A DNA stretch of 32,000 bases from Sinorhizobium meliloti (GCF_017876815.1 NZ_JAGIOS010000001.1:3540001-3572000); one strand, 5' to 3'. Shown: positions 10,391 to 19,770, counted from the stretch's first letter. Made by a program: numbers and translations. Notes: generated by a model from the sequence alone, not told the origin.

Positions 10391-11197
10391 TCAATCGTCG
10401 TCGTTCTGCAGATGCATGTTCTGGGACATCGTTATCGCTACCCGGCGGTCGTCTTCGGTGGCGAGCGAGAACGCCTGTTCCTGCATGGCCTGGAGCCAGG
10501 GCCGGTCCTTGGGGGAACATTGGCCGAGCGCCGCCGTCATGTATGCGAGACCGCGTGCGGTCTGACCTTCCTGGAAAATGACGTTGCCGAAAACGCCCAT
10601 GGCGCCGGCATGACCATTCTTGCGCGCCCGGTTCAGCCATTTCTTGGCCTGCTGGACATTGACGCTTCCGCCCTCGCCCGAAAGCAGCATGCGCGCGAGC
10701 TGAAATTGCGCTTCCGCCACGCCGAAAGTGGAGGCCGCCTGGAAATACAACTGCCTGGCCTGCGACAGGTCGGACCTTACCGGGGTGTCGGGAATGCCGC
10801 GCCGGTAGTAGCCGGCAAGCGAAATCAATGCATTGACGAAGTAGCCGGTATCTTCCGAGCCGGGCTCGACGCCCTGTTGTGCGATTTCGCTGTAGATCTT
10901 GAACGCTTCGAGATCGTTCTCCGCGACCCCATCGCCATAGGCGTACATATTGGCGAGCGCCCAGCGAGAGCCCGTGTGCCCCTTTTCGGCCGCATACCGG
11001 TAGGCCTCTACCGCTTCGTCTTTCCGGCCGCTCTTATAGGCGGAAAAACCGAACTTGAAGAGCGCGAAGGGGCCCGACTCCTTGGTCACGCCGGCTCCGG
11101 GATCGAAAGCCCGTGCTGGCCCGGCCGCAGTTGCGCCAACCGCCAGCGACATGCCAAGCACCGCAACCCTAAGCGACTTCAATTCACCCGCGCGCAT
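10391..11197 (-). CDS. exoR: Periplasmic Sel1-repeat regulator ExoR (inhibitor of the ExoS/ChvI two-component system)
   Basis: 268 aa with a signal peptide and Sel1/TPR-like repeats (AAEKGHTGSRWALANMYAYGDGV, AQFQLARMLLSGEGG, KWLNRARKNGHAGA). The length, sequence and position near valS/tolC match my recollection of rhizobial exoR. Confidence 0.7.
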   Translation of the reverse strand: MRAGELKSLRVAVLGMSLAVGATAAGPARAFDPGAGVTKESGPFALFKFGFSAYKSGRKDEAVEAYRYAAEKGHTGSRWALANMYAYGDGVAENDLEAFKIYSEIAQQGVEPGSEDTGYFVNALISLAGYYRRGIPDTPVRSDLSQARQLYFQAASTFGVAEAQFQLARMLLSGEGGSVNVQQAKKWLNRARKNGHAGAMGVFGNVIFQEGQTARGLAYMTAALGQCSPKDRPWLQAMQEQAFSLATEDDRRVAITMSQNMHLQNDDD

Positions 11198-11519
11198 AAC
11201 AATCAGTTTCTTTTGTTCGAGCCGGCCACGCCGACCCCATCACCGTCGCGAAGATGCTGTACGCACTGGCTCCTGCGCCCACCGGTGCTCCGGCTGCGTG
11301 CCTGAGGCCAATGCTAGGGAATATCATGACGGCACACAAACTCACTTCACCTCAACGCGGGCATGGAACTCGACTAGCCTTCGTCCCTATATCGCTGCTC
11401 TCATTTTGTGGCGGGAAATGGACATAATCGACCCGGTCCGGATAGTAGCAAACCGTAGCAGGAAATGTGTTGCTGAATCGTCACATTCACAACCGCTTAT
11501 AAGCGTGGTTACCAGATAC

Positions 11520-11548
11520 AAAAAAGGCCCGGGGAGACCGGGCCTTTT
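11520..11548 (-). terminator. Bidirectional intrinsic terminator downstream of the FadL-family OMP gene
   Basis: 8-bp GC stem: aggcccgg (11525-11532) pairs with ccgggcct (11538-11545). It is flanked by an A6 run on one side and T4 on the other, so on the minus strand the hairpin is followed by TTTTTTG. Confidence 0.75.
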
Positions 11549-11566
11549 GGAGTAATTGCCGAGAGG

Positions 11567-12856
11567 TCAGAACCTGACCTTCAGAGAAGTTGAGATCGCC
11601 CCGACGAAGTCATTGCCAAAGTCGTAGGAGACGTCACCGCCAATCGTTTGTCCTTCGAAATCAACCGGACCGGAACTGCCGCTGGTCAGGATACCGACGA
11701 CACCGGCGAGACGGATTTCCACATTTTCGGTCGGCGTATAGGAAACGCCTGTGCCGAGCGTCCAGGTATCGGTCTGCGCGCCGTATCCCTGGCTTGTTCC
11801 ACGATCCCAGGTGAGGCTGACTGCACCGCTCCACTGATCGTTGAACTTGTGGCCGATGCCGCCGGTAACCGTCCAACCGTCCCGGTAAAGGAGGTCGAGG
11901 CTGGTGCACGGCGTAGTAGGCGATATCGTCGCAGGGCAGAATGTTACAACCTGCAGCTGACTCCAATCGGTCCATTTGATGGAGCCAAACGCCAACCAGC
12001 CGGGGGCGATGCCCGATTGAACCTTGAGTTCAAGCGAATCCGGCATCGAGGCCGAACCCTGAACGTCATATTTGGTGCCGGTGATCACCCGAGGTCCAAC
12101 CGGAAAAGGGTTCGGAAACGCAAGCTGACGCAGATCGATGAAGCCCGATAGATCATCCAGATCCACAGCACTGTTATAAACTAAGCTCGCCCGCATCGCA
12201 TATTCGGGAATTTCGTACGCGACGCCGGTGCGCCAGCCCCATCCGCTATCTTCCAGCTCGAGACGACCGACGCCGGAAAAGGTTGAAAACGGAAACGGCG
12301 CGAAGGTGTAATCCTGCACGAGCCGTTCTTTAAAGCCGCCCACTTCCTGATAGAACCCACCGCCAATAACACGGAAATAGCCGGGTCCCATTTGCCACTT
12401 ATAGGAACAGGTGGCCGCATAGTTGTCGCTCTCCACCTTCGTCTCGATGTTGTTGTTGGCACCGGCCCAGTTTTTGCCGGGGTTGGTGTGGGCGCCCCAA
12501 GGCTGCGAGTAGTCCGCCATACAGTCAATACTGTCACCCAAGGCAGCCTTAATGCCGATGCGGGGCGCCCAATAGCTCTCGGTGTCGTCCGCGGTGCTTG
12601 GACGATAATTCAGGTTTCCGCCACCGAATGTCCCGCCGAGTATGTCCGTATCGGCGGTATCCGTATCCTCTACATTCTTCAGCTTACGCTGCGGATTGAC
12701 ATAGGTCGCCGTCGCTTCTGCCGCATAGTCCGACGGGTCGAACAAGAGATCGATATTATAGCCGCTGCGTTCAAGCCCTCCCGCCTGCGCAGCCGAGGCC
12801 ACGAGCATTCCGGCAACCGCAGCCAGAATACCCTGCTTCAATCCAATTCGAGCCAT
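11567..12856 (-). CDS. Outer-membrane transport protein, OMPP1/FadL/TodX family (hydrophobic compound/long-chain fatty acid channel)
   Basis: Signal peptide MARIGLKQGILAAVAGMLVASAAQA. GGAGGAG lies 5 nt upstream of ATG 12856; the ORF could extend to ATG 12874. The composition is Gly/aromatic-rich, as in beta-barrels, with a C-terminal ..LKVRF. Confidence 0.7.
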   Translation of the reverse strand: MARIGLKQGILAAVAGMLVASAAQAGGLERSGYNIDLLFDPSDYAAEATATYVNPQRKLKNVEDTDTADTDILGGTFGGGNLNYRPSTADDTESYWAPRIGIKAALGDSIDCMADYSQPWGAHTNPGKNWAGANNNIETKVESDNYAATCSYKWQMGPGYFRVIGGGFYQEVGGFKERLVQDYTFAPFPFSTFSGVGRLELEDSGWGWRTGVAYEIPEYAMRASLVYNSAVDLDDLSGFIDLRQLAFPNPFPVGPRVITGTKYDVQGSASMPDSLELKVQSGIAPGWLAFGSIKWTDWSQLQVVTFCPATISPTTPCTSLDLLYRDGWTVTGGIGHKFNDQWSGAVSLTWDRGTSQGYGAQTDTWTLGTGVSYTPTENVEIRLAGVVGILTSGSSGPVDFEGQTIGGDVSYDFGNDFVGAISTSLKVRF

Positions 12857-13257
12857 CAAGCTCCTCCCCTGCATTCCAAATCATGCGACCACCCAGCTCG
12901 ATGCCGCGCTTGAGGGAAGTATCCTCACGATTGCGTGAAATGGCAAACTGCAAACCCCGGGAAAGGCCCGGCGGGGACGGTCACCGGATTTACGTAAGAA
13001 TTCCCATTTCTCGCCACAATTCGAGCTCCAGTAGAATTTCATTCCTTTAAGGCCAGGATTTTGATCGCCCGGAGGAACTAATTTCTATTTAAGGTGGCGT
13101 GTGTGACGCTGGAACAACAACATGGCTTTTTACGCGGAACCCTTGCGGAGCACTATTGAAACGCCGGCACGTAAAACCTAAGCGTGCATTGTCGGCCGCC
13201 CCCACCTCCCATTACCTCGCGCAGTGACCAAGCATCCGATTCGCGGCACGGGCGAGA

Positions 13258-13291
13258 AACTAGAAAATCCGCGGCATTGCTGCCGCGGATT
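13258..13291 (-). terminator. Intrinsic terminator of valS
   Basis: The stem aatccgcggca / tgccgcggatt (13266-13291) has a 4-nt loop. On the minus strand it is followed by TTTTCTAGTTTC. It lies about 35 nt after the valS stop. Confidence 0.8.
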
Positions 13292-13326
13292 CCATTTCAC
13301 CGCGAACCTGCCGGGGCGATGAAGCT

Positions 13327-16170
13327 TCAGCCCGCTTCCGAAACGCGGGACAAAGCAACGCCGAGCGAGTCTCTTTGCAGGTCGAGTTCGACCAGCCGCT
13401 CGCGCTCGGCCTCGACCAGTTCAGGCTTGGCATTGGCGACGAATTTTTCGTTGGCGAGCTTGCCGAGGATCCGCTCCCGCTCGACGTCGACCTTTGCAAT
13501 GGCCTTTTCCAGGCGCAGTTTCTCGGCTCCGAGATCGATGAGACTGCCGAGCGGAAGGCAAGCCGTCGCTTCGCCGACCACGATCTGAGCGCTGCCGCGG
13601 GGCGCCACTGACGCGTGCTCGATGTTTTCCACCCTCGCCAGACGCTTGATCGCGGAGGCGTGCCTGTCGAGCCGCTCGCTCGTCAGCGCCTTCGCCCCGA
13701 CGATGACCAGTGGTGCCATCGCCGCCGGAGGGACGTTCATTTCGGCGCGAACCGAACGAATGCCGGAGACGAGGTCGATCAGCCAGTTGATTTCGTCCGC
13801 GGCCGCGTCATCCGCATAGAAGGCGGCAGGCCATTCGGCATGACAAAGGAGCGTCGTACGCTCTCGCCCGGGACCGGTCGTCTTTTCCCAAAGCTCTTCC
13901 GTCATGAAGGGCATGAACGGATGAAGCAGCTTATAGATCTCATCCAGGACATAGGCCGTGCAGGCCTGGGACTCGCGCTTGGCCGCCTCGTCGTCGCCGT
14001 TGAAGACAGGCTTCAGGAGTTCGAGATACCAGTCGCAGAACTGGTTCCAGACGAAGCGGTAAAGGGCTCCCGCCGCTTCGTTGAAGCGGTAATCCTCGAT
14101 CGCCTCGCTCACGTCACGAATGGTGCGCGACAGTTCCGTCAGGATCCAGCGGTTGATCGTCAGCGACGCGGCCTCGGGGATGAAGCCTTCGCTGCTTATT
14201 GCCCCGTTCATCTCGGCAAAGCGGGTCGCATTCCACAGCTTGGTTCCGAAGTTGCGGTAGCCTGCTATCCGGGCCGGGTCGAGCTTCACGTCGCGCCCCT
14301 GAGCCGCCATGATCGCCAGCGTGAAGCGCAATGCGTCGGCGCCGTATTCGTCTATCAGCTCCAGCGGATCGATGACGTTGCCCTTGGACTTCGACATCTT
14401 CTGCCCGTTCTTGTCACGGACGAGCGCATGGACATAAACCGTATGGAACGGCTCGACTGGCGTGCCGTCCGCATCCTTCATGAAATGAAGGCCCATCATC
14501 ATCATCCGGGCGACCCAGAAGAAAATGATGTCGAAACCGGTTACCAGCACATCGGTCTGATAGTATTTGTCGAGCTCGGGCGTCTCCTTCGGCCAACCGA
14601 GCGTCGAGAAGGGCCAGAGCGCCGAGGAGAACCAGGTGTCGAGGACGTCCTCGTCGCGTGTCAGGATCTCACCCGGCTTGAAGTTTTCGAGCAGGTCTTC
14701 GACATAGGCCTTCATCGGTCCTTCATGGGCGATGTAGTGCTGGATCGCCGCATGCAGCGCTTCCTCCTCGTTTCGCTCAACGAAGATCTGCCCATCGGGA
14801 CCGTACCAGGCGGGAATCTGATGGCCCCACCAGAGCTGGCGGGAAATGCACCAGGGCTGAATGTTCTCCATCCATTCGAAAAAGGTCTTTTCCCAGTTCT
14901 TCGGGACGAAGTTCGTCCTGCCTTCCTTGACGGCCGCAATCGCCGGCTTCGCCAAAGTCTTGGCGTCGACATACCATTGCTCGGTCAGGCGCGGCTCGAT
15001 CGGCACGCCGCCGCGGTCGCCATGGGGCACCATGTGCTTGTGGGGCTCGATATGATCCACGAGGCCGGCCTCTTCGAGCATCTCGACGATCAGCTTGCGG
15101 GCTTCGAAGCGATCCTTGCCTTCCAGCCGGTCCCAGGCGCCATGGAGCGCCGCCGGATGGTCGAGACCTTCGAGGAAATCCTCATTGTTCTTGATCGTTA
15201 TCCGGCCGTCTGCCGTGAGAACGTTGACCTGCCTCAGTCCTTGGCGCTTGCCGACGTCGAAATCGTTGAAGTCATGGGCAGGCGTCATCTTTACCGCGCC
15301 GGTGCCGGTCGTCGGGTCCGGATACTCGTCGGCGACGATCGGGATGCGGCGCCCGACGATCGGCAGGATGACATGCTTGCCGACGATGCCTTTGTAGCGG
15401 ACGTCATCCGGGTGCACGGCAACGCCGGTGTCGCCGAGCATGGTTTCCGGACGCGTGGTCGCGACGACGAGATAGTTGCGCGTCTCCCATTCCGTCGCAT
15501 TGCCGTCCTCATCGAAGGCGACAGGATGCTGATAGGTCACGCCCTCTTCGAGCGGGTAGCGCAGATGCCAGAGATGGCCGTTGACCTCGACCGGCTCGAC
15601 CTCGATGTCGGAAATCGCTGTCTGCAGCTTCGGGTCCCAGTTGACCAAGCGCGTGTCGCGATAGATCAGGCCTTCCTTGTAGAGGCTGACGAAGACCTCG
15701 ATGACCGCCTCGGACAGGCCCTCGTCCATCGTGAAGCGCTCGCGCGACCAGTCGCAGGAGGCGCCGAGCCGCTTCAATTGATTGAAGATCAGGCCCCCGG
15801 ACTCGGCCTTCCACTCCCAGACCCTCTCTATGAAGGCCTCGCGGCCCATGTCGCGGCGGCTCGGAAGCTGACGCTCCATGAGCTGTCGCTCGACGACCAT
15901 CTGCGTCGCGATACCCGCATGGTCCATACCCGGCTGCCAGAGCACATCCTTGCCGCGCATGCGCTCGAAGCGGACCATGATGTCCTGCAGGGTGTTGTTG
16001 AGCGCGTGGCCCATGTGCAGCGATCCCGTCACGTTCGGCGGCGGGATCACGATCGTGAAGGTCTCCGCGTCCGGCTTCGCGTTGACACCGGCGCGAAAGG
16101 CGTCCGCCTCGTCCCAGGCCTTGGCGATCTTCGGTTCTACCGCTGCGGAATCGTAGGTTTTATCAAGCAT
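13327..16170 (-). CDS. valS: Valine--tRNA ligase
   Basis: 947 aa with HIGH (PNVTGSLHMGH) and KMSKS (KMSKSKGN) motifs and a C-terminal coiled-coil. The 874-aa plus-strand ORF over it is an antisense shadow. Confidence 0.96.
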   Translation of the reverse strand: MLDKTYDSAAVEPKIAKAWDEADAFRAGVNAKPDAETFTIVIPPPNVTGSLHMGHALNNTLQDIMVRFERMRGKDVLWQPGMDHAGIATQMVVERQLMERQLPSRRDMGREAFIERVWEWKAESGGLIFNQLKRLGASCDWSRERFTMDEGLSEAVIEVFVSLYKEGLIYRDTRLVNWDPKLQTAISDIEVEPVEVNGHLWHLRYPLEEGVTYQHPVAFDEDGNATEWETRNYLVVATTRPETMLGDTGVAVHPDDVRYKGIVGKHVILPIVGRRIPIVADEYPDPTTGTGAVKMTPAHDFNDFDVGKRQGLRQVNVLTADGRITIKNNEDFLEGLDHPAALHGAWDRLEGKDRFEARKLIVEMLEEAGLVDHIEPHKHMVPHGDRGGVPIEPRLTEQWYVDAKTLAKPAIAAVKEGRTNFVPKNWEKTFFEWMENIQPWCISRQLWWGHQIPAWYGPDGQIFVERNEEEALHAAIQHYIAHEGPMKAYVEDLLENFKPGEILTRDEDVLDTWFSSALWPFSTLGWPKETPELDKYYQTDVLVTGFDIIFFWVARMMMMGLHFMKDADGTPVEPFHTVYVHALVRDKNGQKMSKSKGNVIDPLELIDEYGADALRFTLAIMAAQGRDVKLDPARIAGYRNFGTKLWNATRFAEMNGAISSEGFIPEAASLTINRWILTELSRTIRDVSEAIEDYRFNEAAGALYRFVWNQFCDWYLELLKPVFNGDDEAAKRESQACTAYVLDEIYKLLHPFMPFMTEELWEKTTGPGRERTTLLCHAEWPAAFYADDAAADEINWLIDLVSGIRSVRAEMNVPPAAMAPLVIVGAKALTSERLDRHASAIKRLARVENIEHASVAPRGSAQIVVGEATACLPLGSLIDLGAEKLRLEKAIAKVDVERERILGKLANEKFVANAKPELVEAERERLVELDLQRDSLGVALSRVSEAG

Positions 16171-16279
16171 TCTTTCGCCGATTTCTGGAGATTGATGTCA
16201 GCGTTTGTAAACCGGAAGGCCCGGGGCAAGTCAACCTGAACGGGGAAAAAGCCGCAGCCATCGTGCATGCGGCTTCCAT

Positions 16280-16436
16280 CTTAGAGCACTTCCAGGAAAA
16301 GTGTGTAACGGTTTTCCGTTCGGAAGTGCGCAGGTTCAAAGACTTAGAGCACTTCCAGGAAAAGTGTGTAACGGTTTTCCGCCCGGAAGTGCGCAGATCA
16401 AAATCGCTTCGGGAAAAGTGCGCAGCGATTTTCCCG
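16280..16436. repeat. Two 54-nt direct repeats (63-bp period) plus a third related hairpin; members of the GGAAAAGTGTGT-NN-CGGTT family
   Basis: 16280-16333 and 16343-16396 differ at 2 positions (cttagagcacttccaggaaaagtgtgtaacggttttccg[tt/cc]cggaagtgcgcag). Each contains a GGAAAA-N11-TTTTCC hairpin. A third hairpin, cgggaaaa..ttttcccg, lies at 16410-16436. Confidence 0.85.
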
Positions 16437-16483
16437 GGATTGCCACGACGGCAGAAGCAATTCCTGCCTGTCTGCCGTTTACG

Positions 16484-17239
16484 TCAGCGCCGGGGCCCGC
16501 GCGCAACGCGCTCGATCTCTTCGCGCACCAGTCTTTCGACCAATGTCGGCAAGTTGTCGTCCAGCCATTCCTGCAACATCGGACGCAGCATCGCCTCGGC
16601 GATCTCGTCGAACGAACGCCGGGGTCCGTTCTCGACGGCATGTGCCAACTCGTCGAAGGCGCGCGCGACCTGACGGCTGACAGCCGGGGAAACGATCGTT
16701 CCAGGCGTGCTTTCCGGCGCCGTCGCCTCGTCCGAGGCCGTCGCATGCGCGGCCGCCGGCACATCCCCGGCCACGGGAGCCGACTCGGCGTTCGCGGCCG
16801 CACTCGCCGGAATGGCCGACGAGGGGAAAGCAGCGATGCGGGACATCATCGCCGGGCTATCCGCTGGCGACCGCGCCTCCTCGGCTCCTGCTTGATCCCT
16901 CGGAACCGTATGCACCGCCTGCCGCTCCGAAGCTGCCCTCACCCTTGCCGCGACATCGGCAAGCGAAAGCGGCGCAGACGGCGGTACCGGCGCGTTGGTA
17001 CGGGTGTCGACCGCGGATGGTGACGTCCGGACCGAGGAAAACTGGTCCTCGACGGATCCGAACGCATCCGCTTCGATCTCCGAATCTATCGACAGTTCGA
17101 TATCGTCGCCGGCGTCGTCCTCGAAGGTCTGCCGCGCGGAGGTTCCGGCCGGACCAGGCTCGTTACTCTCTATGATCTTGCGAATGGATGCCAGAATCTC
17201 ATCCATCGAAGGTTCACGTGCGACGTTGAGCTGCGCCAT
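16484..17239 (-). CDS. popZ: Polar organizing protein PopZ homolog (DUF2497 C-terminal domain)
   Basis: Internal ATG at 17239. The N-terminus MAQLNVAREPSMDEILASIRKIIE is followed by an acidic, Pro/Ala-rich linker. The C-terminus is ..FDEIAEAMLRPMLQEWLDDNLPTLVERLVREEIERVARG. It lies between tolC and valS, as I recall for alphaproteobacterial popZ. Confidence 0.72.
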   Translation of the reverse strand: MAQLNVAREPSMDEILASIRKIIESNEPGPAGTSARQTFEDDAGDDIELSIDSEIEADAFGSVEDQFSSVRTSPSAVDTRTNAPVPPSAPLSLADVAARVRAASERQAVHTVPRDQAGAEEARSPADSPAMMSRIAAFPSSAIPASAAANAESAPVAGDVPAAAHATASDEATAPESTPGTIVSPAVSRQVARAFDELAHAVENGPRRSFDEIAEAMLRPMLQEWLDDNLPTLVERLVREEIERVARGPRR

Positions 17240-17402
17240 TTCAATCCCCGTTTGCTGCGGACGAACACGGAAAAAAGCCCTCCGTGTGCCGATTCGAACA
17301 AACCTTAAGTGAGTTCGCCGACGAAACAAACGCCGCGAATCAGCTCGGTAAATTCTTGCACAGATTTGTTTTTTTCGGCAGGGGCAATGCACTTGCGCTC
17401 TA

Positions 17403-17444
17403 ACACAAAACGCCGCGGCCCTCAGGGCACGCGGCGTTTTGTGT
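17403..17444 (-). terminator. Intrinsic terminator of tolC
   Basis: 15-bp stem: acacaaaacgccgcg (17403-17417) pairs with cgcggcgttttgtgt (17430-17444). The minus-strand hairpin runs into TTTTGTGTT. It lies 20 nt after the tolC stop. Confidence 0.75.
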
Positions 17445-17463
17445 CGAACTGGCTGAGGGCCGC

Positions 17464-18834
17464 TTAGCGCCCGTCGACGGTGCGCAGGCCGAACCACTTG
17501 TCCTTGACGGCCTCGTAATGTTCCTCGGCCCGGTATTCGGCCACCTGCAGGCCCTGGCTCCTGACTGTCAGGTGGCCCATTGCGGCGAGCAAGGCGTAGC
17601 TTGCAACCACGGCGTCGCGCTGCGCTCCGGCCAATGCCTCCTGCGCGTCGAGAACGTCCTGCTGCGAAATGAGAACGTCGAGAGTCGTGCGCTGGCCGAC
17701 CTTGCGTTCTTCGACAACGCCTTCGAGCGCGAGATTGGCGGCGGCGATCTGCGACCGGCTGGCCCTGATTCTGGCGAGTGCGGACTCGAGCTGCGCATGG
17801 GCCGAAACCACGGTCTGCTGCACCGAGGCCCGCGCCGAGTCGACGAGGATTCGCTGCTGCCCCAGGATTTCCTTCGCCTGGCGAATCTGGCCGTATTCCG
17901 CACCGCCCTGATAGATCGGAACTTCGAGCCGAGCCGTGACGCTGGCCGTCGTGTCATCAAGCCCCTGACCGGCATTACCGGTGTTACGGCTCACGGCGCC
18001 CTGGAGAACGACGCCCGGCAGCATCGTGCCTTCCGCCGATTTCACCTGGTAACCGGCCGAATCGACGGCATATTGCGCCGCCAGGATCTGCGGGTTCTCC
18101 CGCAGCCCCGTCGCAACGGCCTGGTCGAGAGACCTTGGCATGGCCTTCGTGGCCGGTCCGGGCTGTCTGATGCCGGTCGGCGCTGCGCCGACGATCTGGA
18201 CATAGACCGCTTCGCTCTGCTTCAGCTGCGCGATTGCAGCGACGAGCAGCGACTGTGCGTTGGCGAGTTCGGCTTCCGCCTGGCTCACATCCGTCCGCGT
18301 GCCTTCGCCCACTTCGAGGCGGGCCTGGGCGGCGCTCAACTGTTCCCGAAGGAAGGCCAGGTTCTGCCGGCGAATGGAAACGACCTGCTGATCGCGGGCT
18401 ATGTTCGCATAGGACTGCGCGGCCGAAAGAAGGATCTGAATCTCATTGGCTTTCAGCGTCTCGCGGCTCGAAAACACGTCCGCTTGGGCCGCCCTGACAT
18501 TGTTCAATGTCTGAAATCCATCGAAGATCGTCTGCGTGATGGAAATCCCGACCTGTCCGGAATGAAAGTCGCGGGTGCCGGTCCGTTCGGCGTCGACCCG
18601 TGAGAGCGTCCCCGTGGCGGACGCGGAAATCTGCGGCCGGTAGCCGGCCTTCGCAATCGGCACCCCTTCGTCGGTCGCGCGCAGGCCGGCGCGAGCGGCG
18701 TTGAGATCCGGGTTGTTCGCATAGGCCTTGGCCATTGCCCCGAAAATCGTCTCCGCGAGAACGGCGTGGGGCGCGAGCAGCACACTGGTCGAGACAGCCG
18801 CCCACAAGGCTGCTTTGCGGACAATCGACACCAT
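17464..18834 (-). CDS. tolC: Outer-membrane efflux/type I secretion channel, TolC family
   Basis: Internal ATG at 18834 is preceded by GGAGGGAAG. The signal peptide is MVSIVRKAALWAAVSTSVLLAPHAVLA, followed by ETIFGAMAKAYANNPDLNAARAG.. and two TolC-type repeats. Confidence 0.88.
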   Translation of the reverse strand: MVSIVRKAALWAAVSTSVLLAPHAVLAETIFGAMAKAYANNPDLNAARAGLRATDEGVPIAKAGYRPQISASATGTLSRVDAERTGTRDFHSGQVGISITQTIFDGFQTLNNVRAAQADVFSSRETLKANEIQILLSAAQSYANIARDQQVVSIRRQNLAFLREQLSAAQARLEVGEGTRTDVSQAEAELANAQSLLVAAIAQLKQSEAVYVQIVGAAPTGIRQPGPATKAMPRSLDQAVATGLRENPQILAAQYAVDSAGYQVKSAEGTMLPGVVLQGAVSRNTGNAGQGLDDTTASVTARLEVPIYQGGAEYGQIRQAKEILGQQRILVDSARASVQQTVVSAHAQLESALARIRASRSQIAAANLALEGVVEERKVGQRTTLDVLISQQDVLDAQEALAGAQRDAVVASYALLAAMGHLTVRSQGLQVAEYRAEEHYEAVKDKWFGLRTVDGR

Positions 18835-19021
18835 CTTCCCTCCGATCAATCGGGGCAGCGTCGCCACCCCGCATTTTTCAGCAGACCGTTTGGCGGCCTG
18901 CACAAACACTGCAGTGAAGCCCAGCGCCACCCATGGCGGGCAAATCACCGCTTCCAGGCTCTTTTGAACTCCGGATTCGGTTCTACGACAACTGCGCACC
19001 GACCCTCTACACGGCCATTTC

Positions 19022-19056
19022 AAAAAGAAACAAATAATACGTTGCCGATTGGCAAC
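19022..19056 (-). terminator. Possible terminator of pcm within the tolC promoter region
   Basis: 6-bp stem gttgcc/ggcaac (19041-19056). On the minus strand it is followed by a T-rich run, GTATTATTTGTTTCTTTTTG. Confidence 0.4.
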
Positions 19057-19110
19057 ATTGCAGTTTTAGCTTCAGCACTCATATGTTGAGCTACCTCAAT
19101 AAGAGGCACA

Positions 19111-19770
19111 TCAAAAAACAAAAGAACGGTCGCGGCGGAAGCCGGGAAGCGGCTTCACGGCGGTGTTGAAGTCAGCTCGCTCGGACGTCATGCCCGATTC
19201 GCGCACGTAAAGTTTCGCACGAGATGCGTTACCAAAACCTTCCACGGCCACGAGCCGGCCGCCGTCGCGAAGCTGCTCGAACAGCTCGGCAGGGAGCATC
19301 TCGACGGCACCGTCGATGAAGATGACGTCGTAGGGCGCTTCCGCCGCATATCCCTTGGTCAGATCGCCGCTCACCACGGCGACGTTGTCGTAACCGAGGC
19401 GTGTCAGCGTTGCCGTGGCCGTGGCGGCCAGGGCTTCGTCGCTCTCCAGCGCCACGACGGAACCGGCGAGAAGCGAAAGCAGGGCCGAGGCGTAACCTGT
19501 CCCGCAGCCGATCTCGAGGACCAGATCCGATTTGGAGATCTCCGCGAGCTGGAGGAGCTTTGCCAACGGCGACGGCTCCATCAGGTAACGCGGCTGGGAA
19601 CCGCCGACGAGCTCGATATCGGTGTCGATATAGGCCAGCTCCCGCATCTTGGCAGGCACGAACTCCTCACGCGGGACCGACAGGAAAGCAGACAGGACTG
19701 AATGGGAGGTCACATCCGTGGTCCGGATCTGATTGTCCACCATCTTGATGCGGGCTGCTTCGAAGTTCAT
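19111..19770 (-). CDS. pcm: Protein-L-isoaspartate O-methyltransferase
   Basis: 219 aa. It has the SAM-binding motif VLEIGCGTGY and a typical PCMT N-terminus, ..MVDNQIRT.. Confidence 0.85.
   Translation of the reverse strand: MNFEAARIKMVDNQIRTTDVTSHSVLSAFLSVPREEFVPAKMRELAYIDTDIELVGGSQPRYLMEPSPLAKLLQLAEISKSDLVLEIGCGTGYASALLSLLAGSVVALESDEALAATATATLTRLGYDNVAVVSGDLTKGYAAEAPYDVIFIDGAVEMLPAELFEQLRDGGRLVAVEGFGNASRAKLYVRESGMTSERADFNTAVKPLPGFRRDRSFVF

Noticed and set aside
13615-16239. Very long ORFs antisense to bona fide genes. Examples: 13615..16239 (+, 874 aa, opposite valS), 22400..24919 (+, 839 aa, opposite comEC), 27380..29359 (+, 659 aa, opposite lpxB/lpxI), 4610..6250, 6018..7430, 1859..3235, 32..1177, 17518..18603 and 30702..31916.
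   Set aside because: Each lies opposite a gene with unmistakable family motifs. Their translations are Arg/Ala/Gly/Pro-rich with no recognisable domains. This is the expected stop-codon-poor shadow frame in high-GC DNA.
16280-16396. Direct repeats with a 63-bp period, considered as a possible CRISPR array.
   Set aside because: There are only two full copies, separated by a 9-nt gap rather than a spacer-sized unique segment. No cas genes are present, and the repeat belongs to a dispersed hairpin family found elsewhere in the window.
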